NCBI RefSeq assembly: GCF_009914755.1
Contig: NC_060939.1
Length of the DNA stretch: 64,000 nucleotides
Direction: 5' to 3' (one strand)
Origin: the human T2T-CHM13v2.0 reference genome, Homo sapiens
Made by a program: the position numbers and the translations under genes
Part shown: positions 1 to 18,994 of the stretch, piece after piece
Numbering within the stretch: the stretch's first letter is position 1
Layout of the letters: the number at the start of each line of letters is the position of its first letter
The notes under the pieces: generated by a model
Databases searched by the model: none
Seen by the model: the letters and a program-made list of their open reading frames with translations, nothing else
Told to the model about the DNA's origin: nothing

Positions 1-759
1 TTCCACCTCGCCAAAACAAGGACTCTGCTCTCTTGGTTGCTCTGAGATAATCCATCTCTGGAAAGCAGAAGACAAAGCAGTTGAAGAGTGGGCAAGTTCA
101 TCACATCTTCGTACTTTGGAGGTCCCTTTAGCAATCAAAGAAAATGCGTGCCAGTGCCTTCTTCCTTCCTCCCACAATCTCACACACGGTCATCCTTGCA
201 TCTTAAAAACACAAAGGCCATTCCCCCTTTCTTGTTTTTATTTGTCTGCCTACCCCACTATACTGTTTGCAGCTTGAGGGGGCTTATTTACTGCAGTTAG
301 CACAGTATCTTGCCTTAGGAAGTATTTGATAGAAGATACTGAATCAGTGAATGGTTTTTGGCATTGCTAAGTTGTTCCACTGGCCATTGGATTTCAGTAT
401 CTGGGTCCTTGATGGTTGACCTTTTCCATACTCCTATAGGGGGTACTGTTTTTGTCATTCCCACCTTTTTGGCTGAACCTGATTTTATTCTGGCATTTCC
501 CACGCCCACACTCTTCTGTGCTTGCGGGTCAACCTCGTACCCCGCTCCAGAGATGGCTCCTGATTAGTCCAAGCTCAGTATTTCTGTTTGCATCAAAATC
601 ATCTGGCATGCACATTGAAATGCCTATGTCTGGGCCCTGTCCCTAGCAATCAGACTCACTAGGCCCGGGAAACTATATTTTATGAGCTCTGCAAGTAGTT
701 TATTTATTTGGTCAACTTTAGGGTTCCTGGTCTAGGCTAAGTGATCCGTCAGCCCCTCA

Positions 760-1146
760 GCAGATGTCACTGGTTCAGGACAGCACCTAGCCCTTGCTGG
801 TCTCATTAGACTGAAGGGAAATATGAATGTTCCATAGTCCAGGGAGAGGTTTTCTCTCAAACTCTCCAGCTGGATATGAACAAGGAAGAATCTACATTGT
901 CCTTAATGCTACTGCCACCACCTTATACTCATGAGGGGAAGCAGCCTGAAGATCAAGCCACCCCCTGAGGTTAGTGGAGAGAAGAGAGAGAACCTGTGTC
1001 CTTGATGACAACAATGGGACACTGAGTCAACCTACCCTGGAGCTTCTCCTAAGTTAACCTTCTCATTGTGTGAAATAACCAATGCCCTTAGTGCATAAGC
1101 CACTGTGAGCCAAGTTTCCTATTACTTGCTAAAATCATCCTGATTA
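760..1146 (+). mobile_element. Old MaLR LTR fragment (MLT1-like)
   Basis: MLT1-type 3' end 'taagccactgtgagccaagtttcctattacttgc...catcctgatta'; highly diverged. Confidence 0.5.
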
Positions 1147-1224
1147 ATCCAGCTCCTGGCAAGCAGCGGCTGTAGCACATCTAGATGTCCACCTAAGCAG
1201 GCAAAATCCAAATAGCAATCAAAA

Positions 1225-1893
1225 TAGTTAATACTCACTGAGTGTTTGCCATGCCAGGCACTGTGCTGAGTGGCTTGTGTTGATTGTTCCATTATTCTTC
1301 ATAGCCATCCTTGTTAGGACAAACTGCACCACTTTGTAAGCTCCCCACTATTTCACAGACCTTGGTCAAAGTGAAACATTTCATGGGGGTTCAGGCCATG
1401 AGAAACATCCTGCCCAACCACCTGACCACAAGGCGGACAAAGGCCCAACTAAAAAAACTTTTCTATCATATCTTGCTGGACAAAGGTCCAAGGAACACAA
1501 CGATGACATCCTGCCAGAACAAGGGCCAGAACCACCTCATCACGGGAGCATCTTATCAATATCCTGCCAGGCAGCAAGCCATACTGCCAAGATGCCTCCC
1601 GCCCATACCTATAAGTACCCCCAGCCTGTAAGCAGTGGTGGGCTCTGGCGTTAGGCTGGTCCCCCACTTCGGTAGGTTTTATGCTGGACATAAAGCCTGC
1701 ATTATCTGTTGAGTTGCCCTCTTTCTGTGTGTGTGTCTTTCTTCAACCCTCGCCTTCCCTTCAAAACCTAACTGAGGAAACTGAGGAAGGGAGCTTTTAA
1801 ATAACACCCCAACCCCCACCCCTGCAAAGCAAGTAGCAAAGCCAGGATTTGGATCCAAGAGATCTGACTTCAGTGCTTAGCCTATTAACCACT
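1225..1893 (-). mobile_element. MIR SINE split by an LTR
   Basis: MIR pieces 'tgccaggcactgtgctgag...catagccatcc' (to 1311) and 'tgaggaaactgagg...ggatttggatccaag...tctgact...taaccact' (from 1773). Confidence 0.7.
1312..1772 (+). mobile_element. Solo ERV LTR, ~460 bp (LTR32/ERVL-like from memory)
   Basis: TGTTAGG...CCTAAC inverted termini, TATA-like 'cctataagt', poly(A)-signal-like 'cataaa'. Confidence 0.7.
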
Positions 1894-2834
1894 GATCCAA
1901 ACTGAGTTGCCGCCTGTTGAAGCCCACTTGTGTTCAAATCATTACTTTTCCAAGAACGGCAGGACTAAATTTCATCCATAGGATTTTACTGTCCAGGAAA
2001 ATTTGCTGAAGTCCACCAACCTCAGTGCTAATCCATTCCAAAAGAGAGAAAATGCAGCTTCCCATTAGAAAAACATCAGCAGGGCTAGAAGGCTTGGGTG
2101 GGGGTTCAAGTCAGTCCCACAGAGCTTGAGTATGTCACGTCCAGTCCTTGGATACTAGAGGATAGAGGGGTTGGGGAAGGAGCAATTGGTGATCTTTTCT
2201 GTTCAGATCCTCATCCCGTGTAGATGGTCTATCAGTAACTAAGTAACCTCAGCTGCAATTCAGGACCCAGCTACAGATTTCAAATTCACCTACATGGATG
2301 AGCAGAAGTAGGGAATTTGAATGATAAGTAAACATGTTCCAATCACTGTAAAAGGCTCACCTCTGTCTCCCTTACTTCTTGAAGTGAATTAACTTTGAAT
2401 CCATTTTAGAGGAGACCGCACTTTAAAAATTGAACAGAGATGAAACATGTATCTGTCTCCAAACAGATACCAGTATATCCAAATACCAGTCCCCAACACA
2501 AAAAGATAAAGCCAATTCAATCAGCTCGTGGAAAAAAAAAAAAAGAAAAATCAGCCAAACAGTTTTTGTTTCCCATACATTCATTACTTTTTAAAAATCC
2601 ATGCAGATAACCGATCTGTGACTTTTACTTTTCAACTGGCTACTCTGGTAGCTGAAAAATGGTAGCAGATCTATTTAAAAAAAAAAAAAAGTAGCTACAT
2701 CTGCTGCTAACATGCTCATAAATGTTTTACAGTTCTCAAGGTACTTTGATGTGTGATACTCTGGTTGAGCTCAGAACATTTGTGCTTCTGACACCTACTT
2801 TAGCCTGGGCACTGTTAGGCATTAAGGCTTTGCT

Positions 2835-2995
2835 CGCTACCCAGAGTGGTCCCTGGACCAGCAGCTTTGGTATCACCTGGGAGCTCATTAGGGAAGCAGC
2901 ATCTTACCCACCCCAGACCTGCTGAATCAGACTCCGAATTTCAGCAAGATCCTCTGGTGGCTCCATTGCTCATTACAGTTTAAGAAGTAACACTG
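2835..2995. mobile_element. MER5A-like hAT-Charlie MITE
   Basis: 'gtggtccctggaccagcagc...tcacctgggagct...cccagacctgctgaatcagactc' hallmark. Confidence 0.7.
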
Positions 2996-5049
2996 TAGAG
3001 GATAAAGTGACAAATAAGACATGTCGCTTGTCCTCAAGAAGCTAGGAAACTTGAAAAAGAGAGGATCACAGAATTGGATAATCACAATACACTGTGTTAG
3101 ATGATGTGATGGAATAAAGCTCAGAGGGCCCTGGGAGCCCTAAGGAGGGTCATGCTGGCCCCTGGCAAAAAGTGATCTTAAGCTGACCCCGTGAAGTAGA
3201 AGATCACCTTTTGAGAAGGTGCAGGAGATAGTTTCCACAGACAAGAGGCCCTGCCAAATGAGTGTGCATGTCTGGGGATGTACTCCATGCCCAAAGCCTT
3301 ATCAGGAAGCATTAGTGATGCTCCTCTTTAGGCACCAGCGGCGTCCCCATACCACAGATAAGGAGGGGACTTTGTGTGTCAGAATCTGGGCAGCATGGAG
3401 GGGTAGAAGTGGAAGCAGAGGCTATTTGTTTAGCAATAACTCTGTGATCCCTATTATATGCCATTATGTTTCACTTAGCTTTCACTTAATAATAATTTAG
3501 TTTGCATGTGCTTCTGGGCTAATGCTTTGTCTAGCCATAATAGAATGCAGGGACACCTAAATTACCCATAGAATAATCAAATTAAGTAAAAATGCCTCTC
3601 TCTTTGCTCACCGCATGGAAGAGGTCACTGACACCAAACAATGTCATTTCTGGTGCCCCCATAAATGACTGAAGTCAGACCTTTCTGAGCTGATGAACCC
3701 AGCCTAAGATTCCACAGGCTCTGAGTCATGGTGGTGACACAGCAACAGCTCTAAGATAGGAATTGGAAGTAGGAAAAGAGCTACCCCAGGGAGGGCCTGC
3801 AGTATGCCACGAGTGGTGCTGGCCACCTTCCCAGAAGGATTTTCTTTTGTCCTACAGTGGACCTGCCCCAGTTGACAAACAGCAAAGCAGAGGTGGGAAA
3901 GGCCTCTGCTGCTGAGGCATATCAGGCTCCAAACTCCTCCTACTCCCCGTGTGACTATTTCCCATATAAAGTACTATCTCCCAAAATACTTCATTCTTTT
4001 CTGCCATCCTTCCCACCTCCATTCCTCTCCTTCCTTCCCTCAATCTTCCATCACCCCAGACTCAGTGTCTCAGGCATTTGCCAGCAGCACTCATCACCAT
4101 GATGCCTACAGGTCCTGCTGACATCCTCTTAGTGTGTGCTCCAAAATGCATTTATATCTGCATTTCTGCTTCTGATTGTTTTCTGCCTTTTAACAGCATT
4201 GATCCTAGTCTCCACTTCAGCTCTCTTCCATCATGCAACCCCCATTCCCAGTGATCAATAGGTGCTTTCACCTGTAGCATCTCATATCTTATATTCTATT
4301 TATTCCTGGCTTTCAGGACAGATGGTAAGCATCATAGAGGCTGCTGATCCAGTGATTGTAGTGATGTTGAGGCAGGATGAGAGTAGAGGGTAAATAGGCA
4401 GGGTGCTTAAACAACATAACCTGAAAAAGAAAAGCTAGCAAGAGCTTGAACTGTGAAGGAGGGAGCAAGGTTGATGGTCAAAGACAGTGCTCAACATCAA
4501 ATGCAAAAAGCAAATTTGCAATATGAATGACCCAAAAAGCTTAATGTCAGAAACTGGGAGAATCCTAAGAAGTGAAGAGTAGCTTAAAGTAAGTCTCTTA
4601 TATAGATCCCATGGCAAAGGCTCATTCTCTGATGAGACCAGCTGGAAGAAACCTGCTGATCTAGTCATACGTGGCTTTAAAAGCTCTTTCGTGAGGAACT
4701 GAAGGCTGAATGGCCTACCGACTGGGCAATACCATCTTTGGTTTGGAGCTTATTTTTGGTCTGTGCAATCCCTTCTTAGGTGGTTTAATCAAATCAGCAA
4801 AAGTGGAAGGCTGCCCTTCTCCCATGGGTCCTAGTGACTATTTTCTGAAACTCCTTTGGGTGTACCTGTATTGAGTTTAGTGGAACAAGGGGAAACATAT
4901 TCAGACTTCACAGCTCATAGTAGGATGACCTATTTTCAGCTACAAAGTAAGGAAGAATGCCTCTCACCCTACACATGTGTACACACCCATTTGCAGAAGT
5001 TACCCAAACAACCACTGTAAAGTCAGTGGCAAGAGTAAGAACTGGTTTA

Positions 5050-5375
5050 GAACAAGACCAGTAAAAGAGCAGAGAGTAAATATTTTAAGCCTTGTGGGTC
5101 ACTCAGTCCCTGTCACTCCTACTCAGTTCCTCCACTAGCAAAAATGCAGTCCTAAATAATACATAAATAAATGAGTGTGCTGTGTTCTAATATAATCTTA
5201 TGTACAGACAATAAAATTTAAATTTCATGTAATTTTAATACATCATGAAGTATCATTATTCTTTTGCTTTTTTAAAAACAATTTCAAAATGTAAAATATA
5301 TTTCCTAGCTCACAGGCCAACAAATCAGGCAAGCAGGCTAAATTTGCTCTGTGAGCTGGAGTTTAGCAACCTCTA
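5050..5375. mobile_element. MER58B-like hAT-Charlie MITE
   Basis: 'gtaaatattttaagccttgtggg...aatttcatgtaatttt...gtttagcaacctct'. Confidence 0.65.
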
Positions 5376-5871
5376 GGTTAAGAGATCTCTGTATAAAACA
5401 TAATCCTAGAATTAAAATTAATCCATTTTCCAGAATATTAGTCACCCTCATAGCTGTGGTTCTCAATCCTGTAGGCAAATCAGAATCATCTGTGGATTTA
5501 AAAAAAAAAAAAAAAAAAGTATTTAAAAAAACCTTTCCAAACCTACCCAGTTAGAGTCTCTGGGATTGGTAGGGTTATTCTATTGAACTGCTATACCATA
5601 AGTTATTAACATAAATTATTAAATCCCTTGTGATCTAATTGTGTTCTTCAGATAAGGTCTTAAATTTTTAATTGCTGAGCTACCAAGTCAAAGGGCAAAA
5701 TATTTCTAAGTTTTCAGCTATGTTCATGATGGTGCTGAGTTTAGATTTTTAGAAAAAAAAAAACACATCCTCTTGCTCTAAATCAAAGCAGTAATTAATC
5801 TTAAACATAACCATACTTTTAAAAAAAGGTTAACAGGCCAATGCATGGGCATCTGCCCTGCCATCACTACC

Positions 5872-6350
5872 GCAGCACTCTTCACAATAACAAAGACATG
5901 GAATCAACCTAAATGCCCATCAGCAGTAGACTAGATACAGAAAATGTGGTACATATATACCATGGAATACTACACAGCCATAAAAAAGAATAAGATCATT
6001 TCTTTTGCAGGAATGTGGATAGAACTGGAGGCCATTATCCCAAGTGAACTAATGCAGGAACAGAAATCCAAATACTGCATGTTCTCACTTGTAAGTGAAA
6101 GCTAAACATTGAGTACACATGGACACAATGAAGGGAGCAATAGACACCAGGGCCTACTTGAGGGTGGAGGATGGGAGGAGAGTGAAGAGTGAAGAGTGAA
6201 ATACTACATATCGGGTGCTATGCTCATTACCAGAGCATAATAATCTGTATACCAAATACAGAAATAATCTGTACACCAAACCCCCATGACATGCAATCTA
6301 TCTATGTTAGAAACTTGCAAATGTACCCCTAAAATTAAAGTTAAAAATGA
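5872..6350 (+). mobile_element. L1 3' end (L1PA15/16-like)
   Basis: ORF2 C-terminus and 3'UTR 'gacatggaatcaacctaaatgcc...ggcctacttgagggtggagg...tgtacccct'; small internal duplication at ~6240-6280. Confidence 0.85.
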
Positions 6351-6493
6351 ATTTTAAAATAAATGACAACATAGGGGACTGGCAATAAAAAACAAAGTAA
6401 ACATCTCAATGAATCGGAAATAGGAGAGCAACACTTAGTCTTGGGCAGGGGTAAGACTGTGGACCTACTGGGACCCAGAGCCTTTAATAGACC

Positions 6494-6824
6494 TGCTATG
6501 GTTTCACTGTGTCCTCTCCAAAATTCAGGTGTTACCAATGTGATTGTATTAAGAGGAGATTAGGCCATGAAGGTGCCTCCTTCATGTTGGAATTAGGTAC
6601 CTTTACAAAGGGGCTTGATGGGGGAAACTGATCCTAGCTTGCTCTTATGTTATGCTCTTCCACCTTCCACCATGTGGAGATATGACAAGAAGTTCCTCCC
6701 CAGATTCTAGTGCCTTGGTCTTGAATTCCCCAGCCTCTAGGACTGTGAGAATATAAGTTTCTGTTCTTTATAAAGTATCTAGTCTTAGGTGTTCTGTTAC
6801 AGCAGCACAACATAGACTAAGACA
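6494..6824 (+). mobile_element. MaLR solo LTR (MSTD/MLT1A-like)
   Basis: TGCTATGG...GACTAAGACA termini; 'ccagcctctaggactgtgag' core. Confidence 0.8.
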
Positions 6825-7499
6825 AGATGGAAGCAGCCCATGTTCATCTTCTGCAAGACAACACAAACAAGCTCCTAACACCTGGCAGGGGATGTGTGTC
6901 AGGCCTTCCACATGAAACCAGGGACAGTGATAGGGCTGAGGTGGGGATCCCTGACTCACAAACAGCAGTTTAAAGAAGCTAGGGCCACCTCCTGGCTATT
7001 TACATTAAACTGTTGTCCAAGGTCACAGGAGGGATTACAGACACCTACACATCTAGTATGTTGGCCAGGCTACCCACTGGCTCAGTAATCTTATCTGAAA
7101 TGTCCCTGTGGGATAGGAGCCTCAAGCCTCTAACCTAAGATCTAATTCTGAACTGAATAAGCCAGGGGGAGATGACTTAAAACTTCTAAACACAGAGAAA
7201 TAAGAGTTGGAGAAGAAGAAGAAGAAGAAAAAAAAAAAAAAGCCAGGAATGGCTTCTCTGCACACTAGAATTACATGGCATTTGAGGACAGTGAATGCTG
7301 CAGGAGACAGACAATGAGCATAGCTTACAGAATAATTGAGTCCAGAAAGTTGTAAGACAAGAAAGTAATCATCTTCTTTAAAAAAAAAAAAAGGGACTCT
7401 AAGGAAAGGATGATCAATACTATCAAAATGCTGTAAAAGGTATAAATTTATATATTTTAAACACTGAGAAACAATCTATGTATTTGTCCAAATCACCAG

Positions 7500-10400
7500 G
7501 AAGAGACTTCCAACTAACATTAAACATGATAGATTGAACATACTGTTAACTTCAATTTCTTCAATCTCAAAAATAACAATGAAGTGACAAAAAGGCATAA
7601 ATCAGTCTCTTAAGGCTTGAGCCTGGAAACCAGCCCAGCATCACGTTCACTGCATCCTGTTGGTGAATCAGCGACAGCACTCAGATTCAAATGGAGAACA
7701 CAGACTCCACCTCTCAGTGGAAAATGTGTCACAGAATTTGGGGGTTATCTTTTAAAACTACCTCAGATATGAATGATAGAAAAAAAATGTCAACAACCAT
7801 ATAATAGGAGCCTGAAAAGAAAAAAAAAAAGGACAAATGAAAAGACAGAAACATTTGAAGATCTAATGACTAAAAATTTCCCCAAACTGTAAAACTATGT
7901 AAATTCTCAAATATAAATGGCTGTTAGAGTGTCAAACAGAACAGATGAGGGGCAAAAACAGACATATTGTGGTGGTGAAATTAAATAAAATACACACAAA
8001 CAAAGAGGCTATCCTAGACATTTCCAGAGAGAAAAGGCATATCTCCTAAAGGAATAAGCCTCAGAATAACAAAAACCAATAATAGGTAATATTTTCATGT
8101 AAAAATAAAGAGTTTAAACCTAGAATTTTAAATGTAGAAAATAAAAAGCATCCTCAGATTTACAAAACCTCATAATGTTTATCATCCTACGACTGAAATC
8201 ATCCTTAGAAAGATGTCTTAGCAGTAACAAAAATATCCGGACAATTCAACAATATCTACAAAATAAATGACTTAGTAAAATTTAATGTTGACTAAATAAA
8301 CAAAAACAAAAAAAGGATACCCGTTACATTTCAGAACTAAAATTCTAGATGATACCAAAATACAGGGGTGGAGGGCAGGGAGGAAAGAAGTAAAGAAGGG
8401 GAAACCAGAGGAAGTCAATGGCACACTAAAGCATTTGTCTAGTCTGGAGCATGACATAATTATAGATAAGGGTAAGAAAGTGACAGAGAAAATGGACATA
8501 GCTGTGGGGATGAATAATCAAGGGTAATCTGGAAAAGACTGAAAAGAGAATATATAACTTTGAAGTCAGCAGAAGAAAATATTAAGTAGAAAATAGAATA
8601 AATAAATAAAAATAAATAGAACAAAATAAGATGGCAGAAAATGCCCCATCATTACATTAATTACAATAAATGCAAATGAAGTGAACTTACCCAAGGAAGC
8701 TCTTCTATTAAATTTAAGAGGGAATAAAAGAAAGAGGAGCAATAAAAATCTAACCACATTCAGCAATGCATTGCCTACAAGAAACTTTTTTTTAAATGAT
8801 ACCAATAAAGTGGGAAGAACATATACCAGACAAATATGAACCACACCAAAAAAGCAAGTTTAATATCAGACAAAAGATAATCTTTTGGGTAAAATATAAA
8901 AGACAAAGCTATATATTATACACCAATAAAAGGAAAAATAAAGATGATGTATATCTAATAAGATATCAAAAATGTATAAAGCAACATAACAGATATAAAT
9001 ACAAAGAGAAAGAGAAATAAGTTAACCATTCTAATAGGAGATACAACATTTCTTTCTTAGAAACTGATCATATGATTAAAAATATGCAGATATAAAATAT
9101 TGCATAGCATAATTAATATGTTTGACATTTTAAAACATGTGGGGACTTTATATGTTCAATATAAATGTAGCATTCTTTTGAACATACATAGAACTTTGTA
9201 GGTGGTATTTATTAGGCTGCACAGAAAGCCTCAATTAATTCCAAAAAAATTGAGGTCACATTAAGAATGTTCTCTGGTAATGAAAGTAGGAATAAAAAAT
9301 AAAAGCTATCTGTTAATTTTTAAAAGGCTGAATTGCTGAAAGTTTAGAAGCATACCATTAAAATAAAGGAAATCACAGGACAAATTGTGGAATACTTATT
9401 GCTGAATGACAAAACGTTACAAGTCAAAATATGTGAGATATAACTAAAGCAAAAGGATATTTTTAGTTCTAAGTATTGCATTCATAAGCAAACAAGAAAT
9501 GTTGACATAATAGACAAACTATTTAATCCAAGAAGCAAGAAAAAAGAACAAATAAAAGAAGCAGGAAGTAAATATCAAAGATAAGTACAATTAGGGAACT
9601 AGAAAATAATAGTTCCCTATCAATCAAGCTACTGAAAATGAAAGACTTCTGGTGAGACTGACTATAGACAGAGGGAAAGAGAAAGGATGAAGTAAACAGG
9701 ACAAGAATAAGAAGGGAGAAATAATTACATACACACAAGTATTTAAAATATGATGAGTAAAATAAACTTGAAAACCAAGATGAAATTAAAAATTTCTGAA
9801 AAAATACAAAAACACCAAAATTGACACAAGAAGAAATAGAATGCTAGTTAGACCAATACATACAAAAGGATTTTAAATGCAATTGAAGACCTCATCTGCT
9901 GGCAAAATGTGGCTTAAACATAGGGTCCTCCCAATCCTTTCACAAAAACAAAAAAGAAAAACCATACGCAATGTCTTAAATCAAACTAGCCAATAAAATA
10001 TTCCCAAGAACCTCAGAACATGGACTGCAAACAACGGCAGCAAGAGTCTCACAACTGTATGGGCACAACCAGGGGGCATACAATTGGACTCCTGGACTCT
10101 AAGAGCTAAGAAATCTGGAAATCACCTGCAAGCACTCACCCCCTCAAAGGAATGGATCCCTCAGACCAGAGGACCCAACTGTCCAATATGATAACAACAG
10201 TCAAAAAGAAAGTGGGTTTTTCAAGTTCTAATTTGTAGGTAAGTTACCCAAAGATTATGATGGAAGGTTTGAAGGGGTGGGACTGGTCAGAAATCTCAGG
10301 GAAAGGACAGAGCCCTGTACTAAGGAGAAACTACTAGGAGTAGTTTTACTAGGAGTAAAACACAAATTGGTCAGGATGGAAATGCTTGGAGTGAAAGGAG

Positions 10401-10622
10401 AAAAAGGGTCAGATATTACCAGGGAAGACAGATCTCAGTTTGATATTAGAAAAGCCATTAATATAATTCATCACAGGGCTAATAATAAAAATCATATCAT
10501 CTCCATAGATACTGAAAAGAAAAATCAAAACAGTCATAAAAAATTGAAGAATATTTCCCAAGCATGATAGAATACACATACTATAGCTCCAACCCGGCAT
10601 CTTACTTAATGGGAAATCACTA
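7500..10622 (+). mobile_element. Ancient L1M remnants (ORF1/ORF2), fragmented
   Basis: A-rich strand bias; degraded ORF2 peptide 'IRKAINIIHH..NKNHIISIDTEK' in ORF 10277-10567. Confidence 0.65.
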
Positions 10623-10634
10623 GCAAATATTTTT

Positions 10635-13420
<2,786 letters not shown>

Positions 13421-13567
13421 CATTCATTACTTTCTCAATAAAATCAGGATAAACAAGAATGTCTGCTATCTCCACTGGTGAAAAGGATTCTCAGGCCAGA
13501 AGTCTAGCAAGTCCATAAGTAATAACTGAGCACATTGCTACCCTGCCACACCTGATTATCCTCCACT

Positions 13568-13570
<3 letters not shown>

Positions 13571-13607
<37 letters not shown>
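13571..13607. repeat. (CA)18 microsatellite
   Basis: Perfect CA run. Confidence 0.98.
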
Positions 13608-13609
<2 letters not shown>

Positions 13610-14550
13610 AATTGTGGTTTCTTCCCAGGTGAGAGGCAAGGGAAAGAAAATAAAGAACAGGAAAGAAAAAAATTAATCTATAGCACAGTGCAATCCTTCT
13701 GTCCCCAACATTCTGCAAACCTCTAGGCCTCTCAACTAAAAGTACAGCTTCAACATTGCTGAGTTCCTACACTAATCCAGGCCAGGCCTAGCAAGAGGCA
13801 GCAGGTTGGCTCTAGGAGCAGGTGGGCCTTGGAAGAATGGTCCTGCCCTGGTCCAGTGCCCAGTGTGTCTTGAGGGCTAGCTGTGGGCCCACCAAAAAGA
13901 CACTCACACTCACCTCTCATCTTGTGGCTCTTCCCACCTATTTGTGATCCTCGACTTCCTGAACACACTCTGGTTCCACTGCAGATATTACAGCCCTGCC
14001 AGAATCCCGACTCATTTATTTAGAGTCCTGAATCCTTATCTTCCTTTTAACAAACTTTCCTTCAAAGAATGGGAAGAGAAGGGGCTGAGTTACCTGCCCT
14101 GTGCTTGCAGCAGCTCACTGGAACTGAAGTGGCCATGACGTTGTATTCAACTTGACAACAAAGACCACTCTCGCTTAATGAAGTGTTGCAAACCCACATT
14201 ATTCAGGAGGTCAAGCAGCTATATACACGTATTAGAGGGTTATTAGGACAGAAGCGGAGCTGGAACAAGCTCCTTTACCTGAAGACCTTCAAAGAATATA
14301 TAAAAATATACACACCCCATAAAGTAAGCCAAACAAAGCAAATCTACAGCCTTTATTTGGCCCCAGGGCTACCAGTTTGCAACCTCCAACAGTTCCTCTA
14401 GAAATCACTCAGTCTTGTGGGGAGAAGATGTACCCTAAATTAAGCCTATATACATGACATTTCTTTGTACCCCACAATCTGGACTATTTGTTCCACTCAA
14501 CTCCTGGGGAAACATGGAGGCTGCCCGTTGCCATCTGAGATTTTCTGTTT

Positions 14551-16457
<1,907 letters not shown>

Positions 16458-17157
16458 TGAGATTTTCTGTTTCTTATCCTCACCAGCTCAGCTACTGAGC
16501 AGCCAGCATGCCTAGTGTCTGAGTAATAACCCAGGTCAACATACCCTCCTGTGAAACCTCAGAGCCTCTCTTCCTAAATGCATGCACAAAATTACTGCTA
16601 TAATGAAATGGAATATTTGACCCAAGAAAGTGGCATGGAGAATCTAAATATAGTTACTAGTCAGTTGCAATTTCTTCATTGAACAGAGAATATATAAACT
16701 GAAATTTTTCTAACTCTTGGAGTAAAATATATGATTGTGGGCTTCATTCATGAACCGATTCTTTTACATAATACATGCTTATTTTAAAATATCCTTGTCG
16801 TTTGACAGACTACAGGAAGGTAGGTTGACTAGAAAATTAGCATTAACTCTGCTTACAAATTGCAGGTTTTAATAGCTCTAGTCACAGTCACAGAAATAAC
16901 CAAAGAGAATCAAATTAAGGAGCTGGAGCAATCCAAAAGGCTCAAAGGAAAGGAAGAAATGGTAATTTCTAACATTTATGCAGCAGTCTGCACTTTATAA
17001 AGGGCTTTCATATTTATTATCCACTGCAATCTCCGTAAGCCATGTGCAGGGGGGTTATTATCCCTGCTCCATAGGTGAAGAAACTAAAGTCCAGAGTGCC
17101 AGAGACAGGATTTGAAGCCAAATGTGCTGGCTCCAACTCCACATTCCTCTACTACAT

Positions 17158-17382
17158 AAATAAGCAAACTTTGTCTGTAAAAGGTGATACAGATAGTAAA
17201 TATTTTAGGTTTTACCAGGCATAGGGTCTTGGTTAGAACTATTCAACTGTGCCATTGTAGGAAGAAAGCAGCCACAGACAAGATGTAAAGAAAAAGGCAT
17301 AGCTGTGTTTCAATAAAACTTTATTTACAAAAACAGACCGAGGGACAGATTTGGCCCACACACTATAGTTTGCTGGCTCCTG
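17158..17382. mobile_element. MER58A-like MITE (next to a MIR at ~16960-17155)
   Basis: 'gcaaactttgtctgtaaaagg...atagtaaatattttagg...caataaaactttatttacaaaaacag...tagtttgctggctcctg'. Confidence 0.8.
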
Positions 17383-18994
17383 CTCCATCACCTTTTACTG
17401 CCACTCTGCCACTGTTGTCTTATGAACTACCTCATAATTGAGCTGGCATAGAAGAAGGAAGGATGCTGAAAGAACAGAAAGTAAAGAGGCTAAGGGAAGA
17501 GCCATGATAAGAGAGTCCCGAGAAAGGATATTATTGAAAAGGGGAGTTTGGTCAAAGAGCCCTGGGTCTTTGGACGATAGGGAAGAGGTAAGACAGACTC
17601 CTCCCTACCTTCCTCATGAGCTAAAGGGCACTACCAGCCACAAAAATTCTTGTGTTTCCCAAAAAATAAATGAGAAGGAATTTCAAGAGTACAAAGCTGA
17701 TAATCAGTTGAGTAACAGGAATTTCATGATAAAATAAAATTAGAAACAAAATCCTGGACTACTTGGTCCATATCATTCCCCATTCACACCCATAGAAGAC
17801 CTGTAGGCTCAGCCATGTCCTAGGTTGCATGATCCAGCCTGCTCTAAGATTAAAGGAGCCCTAGGTGTGCTCTCCAATTACTGAGCACCATGCCCCCTTG
17901 CTCCAGATCTGCCTAGGGGGCCCTGTTCAGGCAGCTGAGCTTCTGCTTTATTCCTTGGTCAACATGCTCATCTGGTGCACCATATGGAAGCTGGATCCCT
18001 CTCTTGGTTCTGTAGATGCCTCTTACTCCAGTCCCTGTATGACTTTCATTGGTCATGGTGTTGCCAGTCTCCCCACCTTTGTGATTGTGTTGAATGAAGG
18101 TCAGGCTGTGCCCTCTTCCAGGCTCACATGTCCAAATGCAGTAAACTCTTCCATGCCTGGACATTTCATATACATTTGCAACCCCTCCTCCTTGTGGCCA
18201 TGCATTCCTCCTTCCCATAGGAAGACAAGCCACACACAGAATAAGCTTCGTCTTTCATGTAATATGGGCTACCTGCTTCTATTCAAGGACCCAAGAACCA
18301 TTTACAGACATCATTAACTTTGTATAAGCAGATCTCCCTTTGGCAGACTTAGATTCCTTAATGGTCAGTGGCAGGCCCAAAAATAAAGGGTGCCCCTCAT
18401 CATCCCCCATAAGAGAGAAACCTGAGGGTCAAGCCACAAGGAATTGGGGGCTGGGATAATATGGAGGAGCCGCCACACCCAAGAGACAAAGAAGCAGTCC
18501 TGAGAAGGTGTAAACCCTCGATCACATATAGATTGGGGAACTGGGAGGTCTTGGGTGTGACAGTCTGTGTGACAAAAGGGTTGCGTTCGGTCTCCATGGA
18601 AAGTTCAGCCAGAGGCTTTAAGCCCTAAGCTCAGGGTGTGGGATGGGGAGGAGACAGCCCTCAGGTACCTGCAATCCAGCTCTCCTCTCACTGCCATGAT
18701 GGGGAGAGCAGCCCTCTTCCCAGCTTGCCATTAGGAGCCTGGAGAACACTCAGGCTGATGTGGGAAACAGTGCACAGGCACTCAGTCAATTCTGTCTATC
18801 CTAATGAGTGGGACCAAGGACAGATCTCAGATTCAGTGACAGCCATAGAACAGATCATTACAATGGAGTGTGATTAAGGTGGGCAGAAAGGAGATGCCTA
18901 ACCCAGGCAGGGTCAGGGACTTTCCCCGGGGATGGTGACCAGGTTGTGAGCCAGTGGAGGGCAGGACTCCTGAATGACTTGCTTCTTCATGCCA

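Noticed and set aside
315-567. Short ORFs at the window start
   Set aside because: Non-ATG starts, no recognisable homology, no splice structure.
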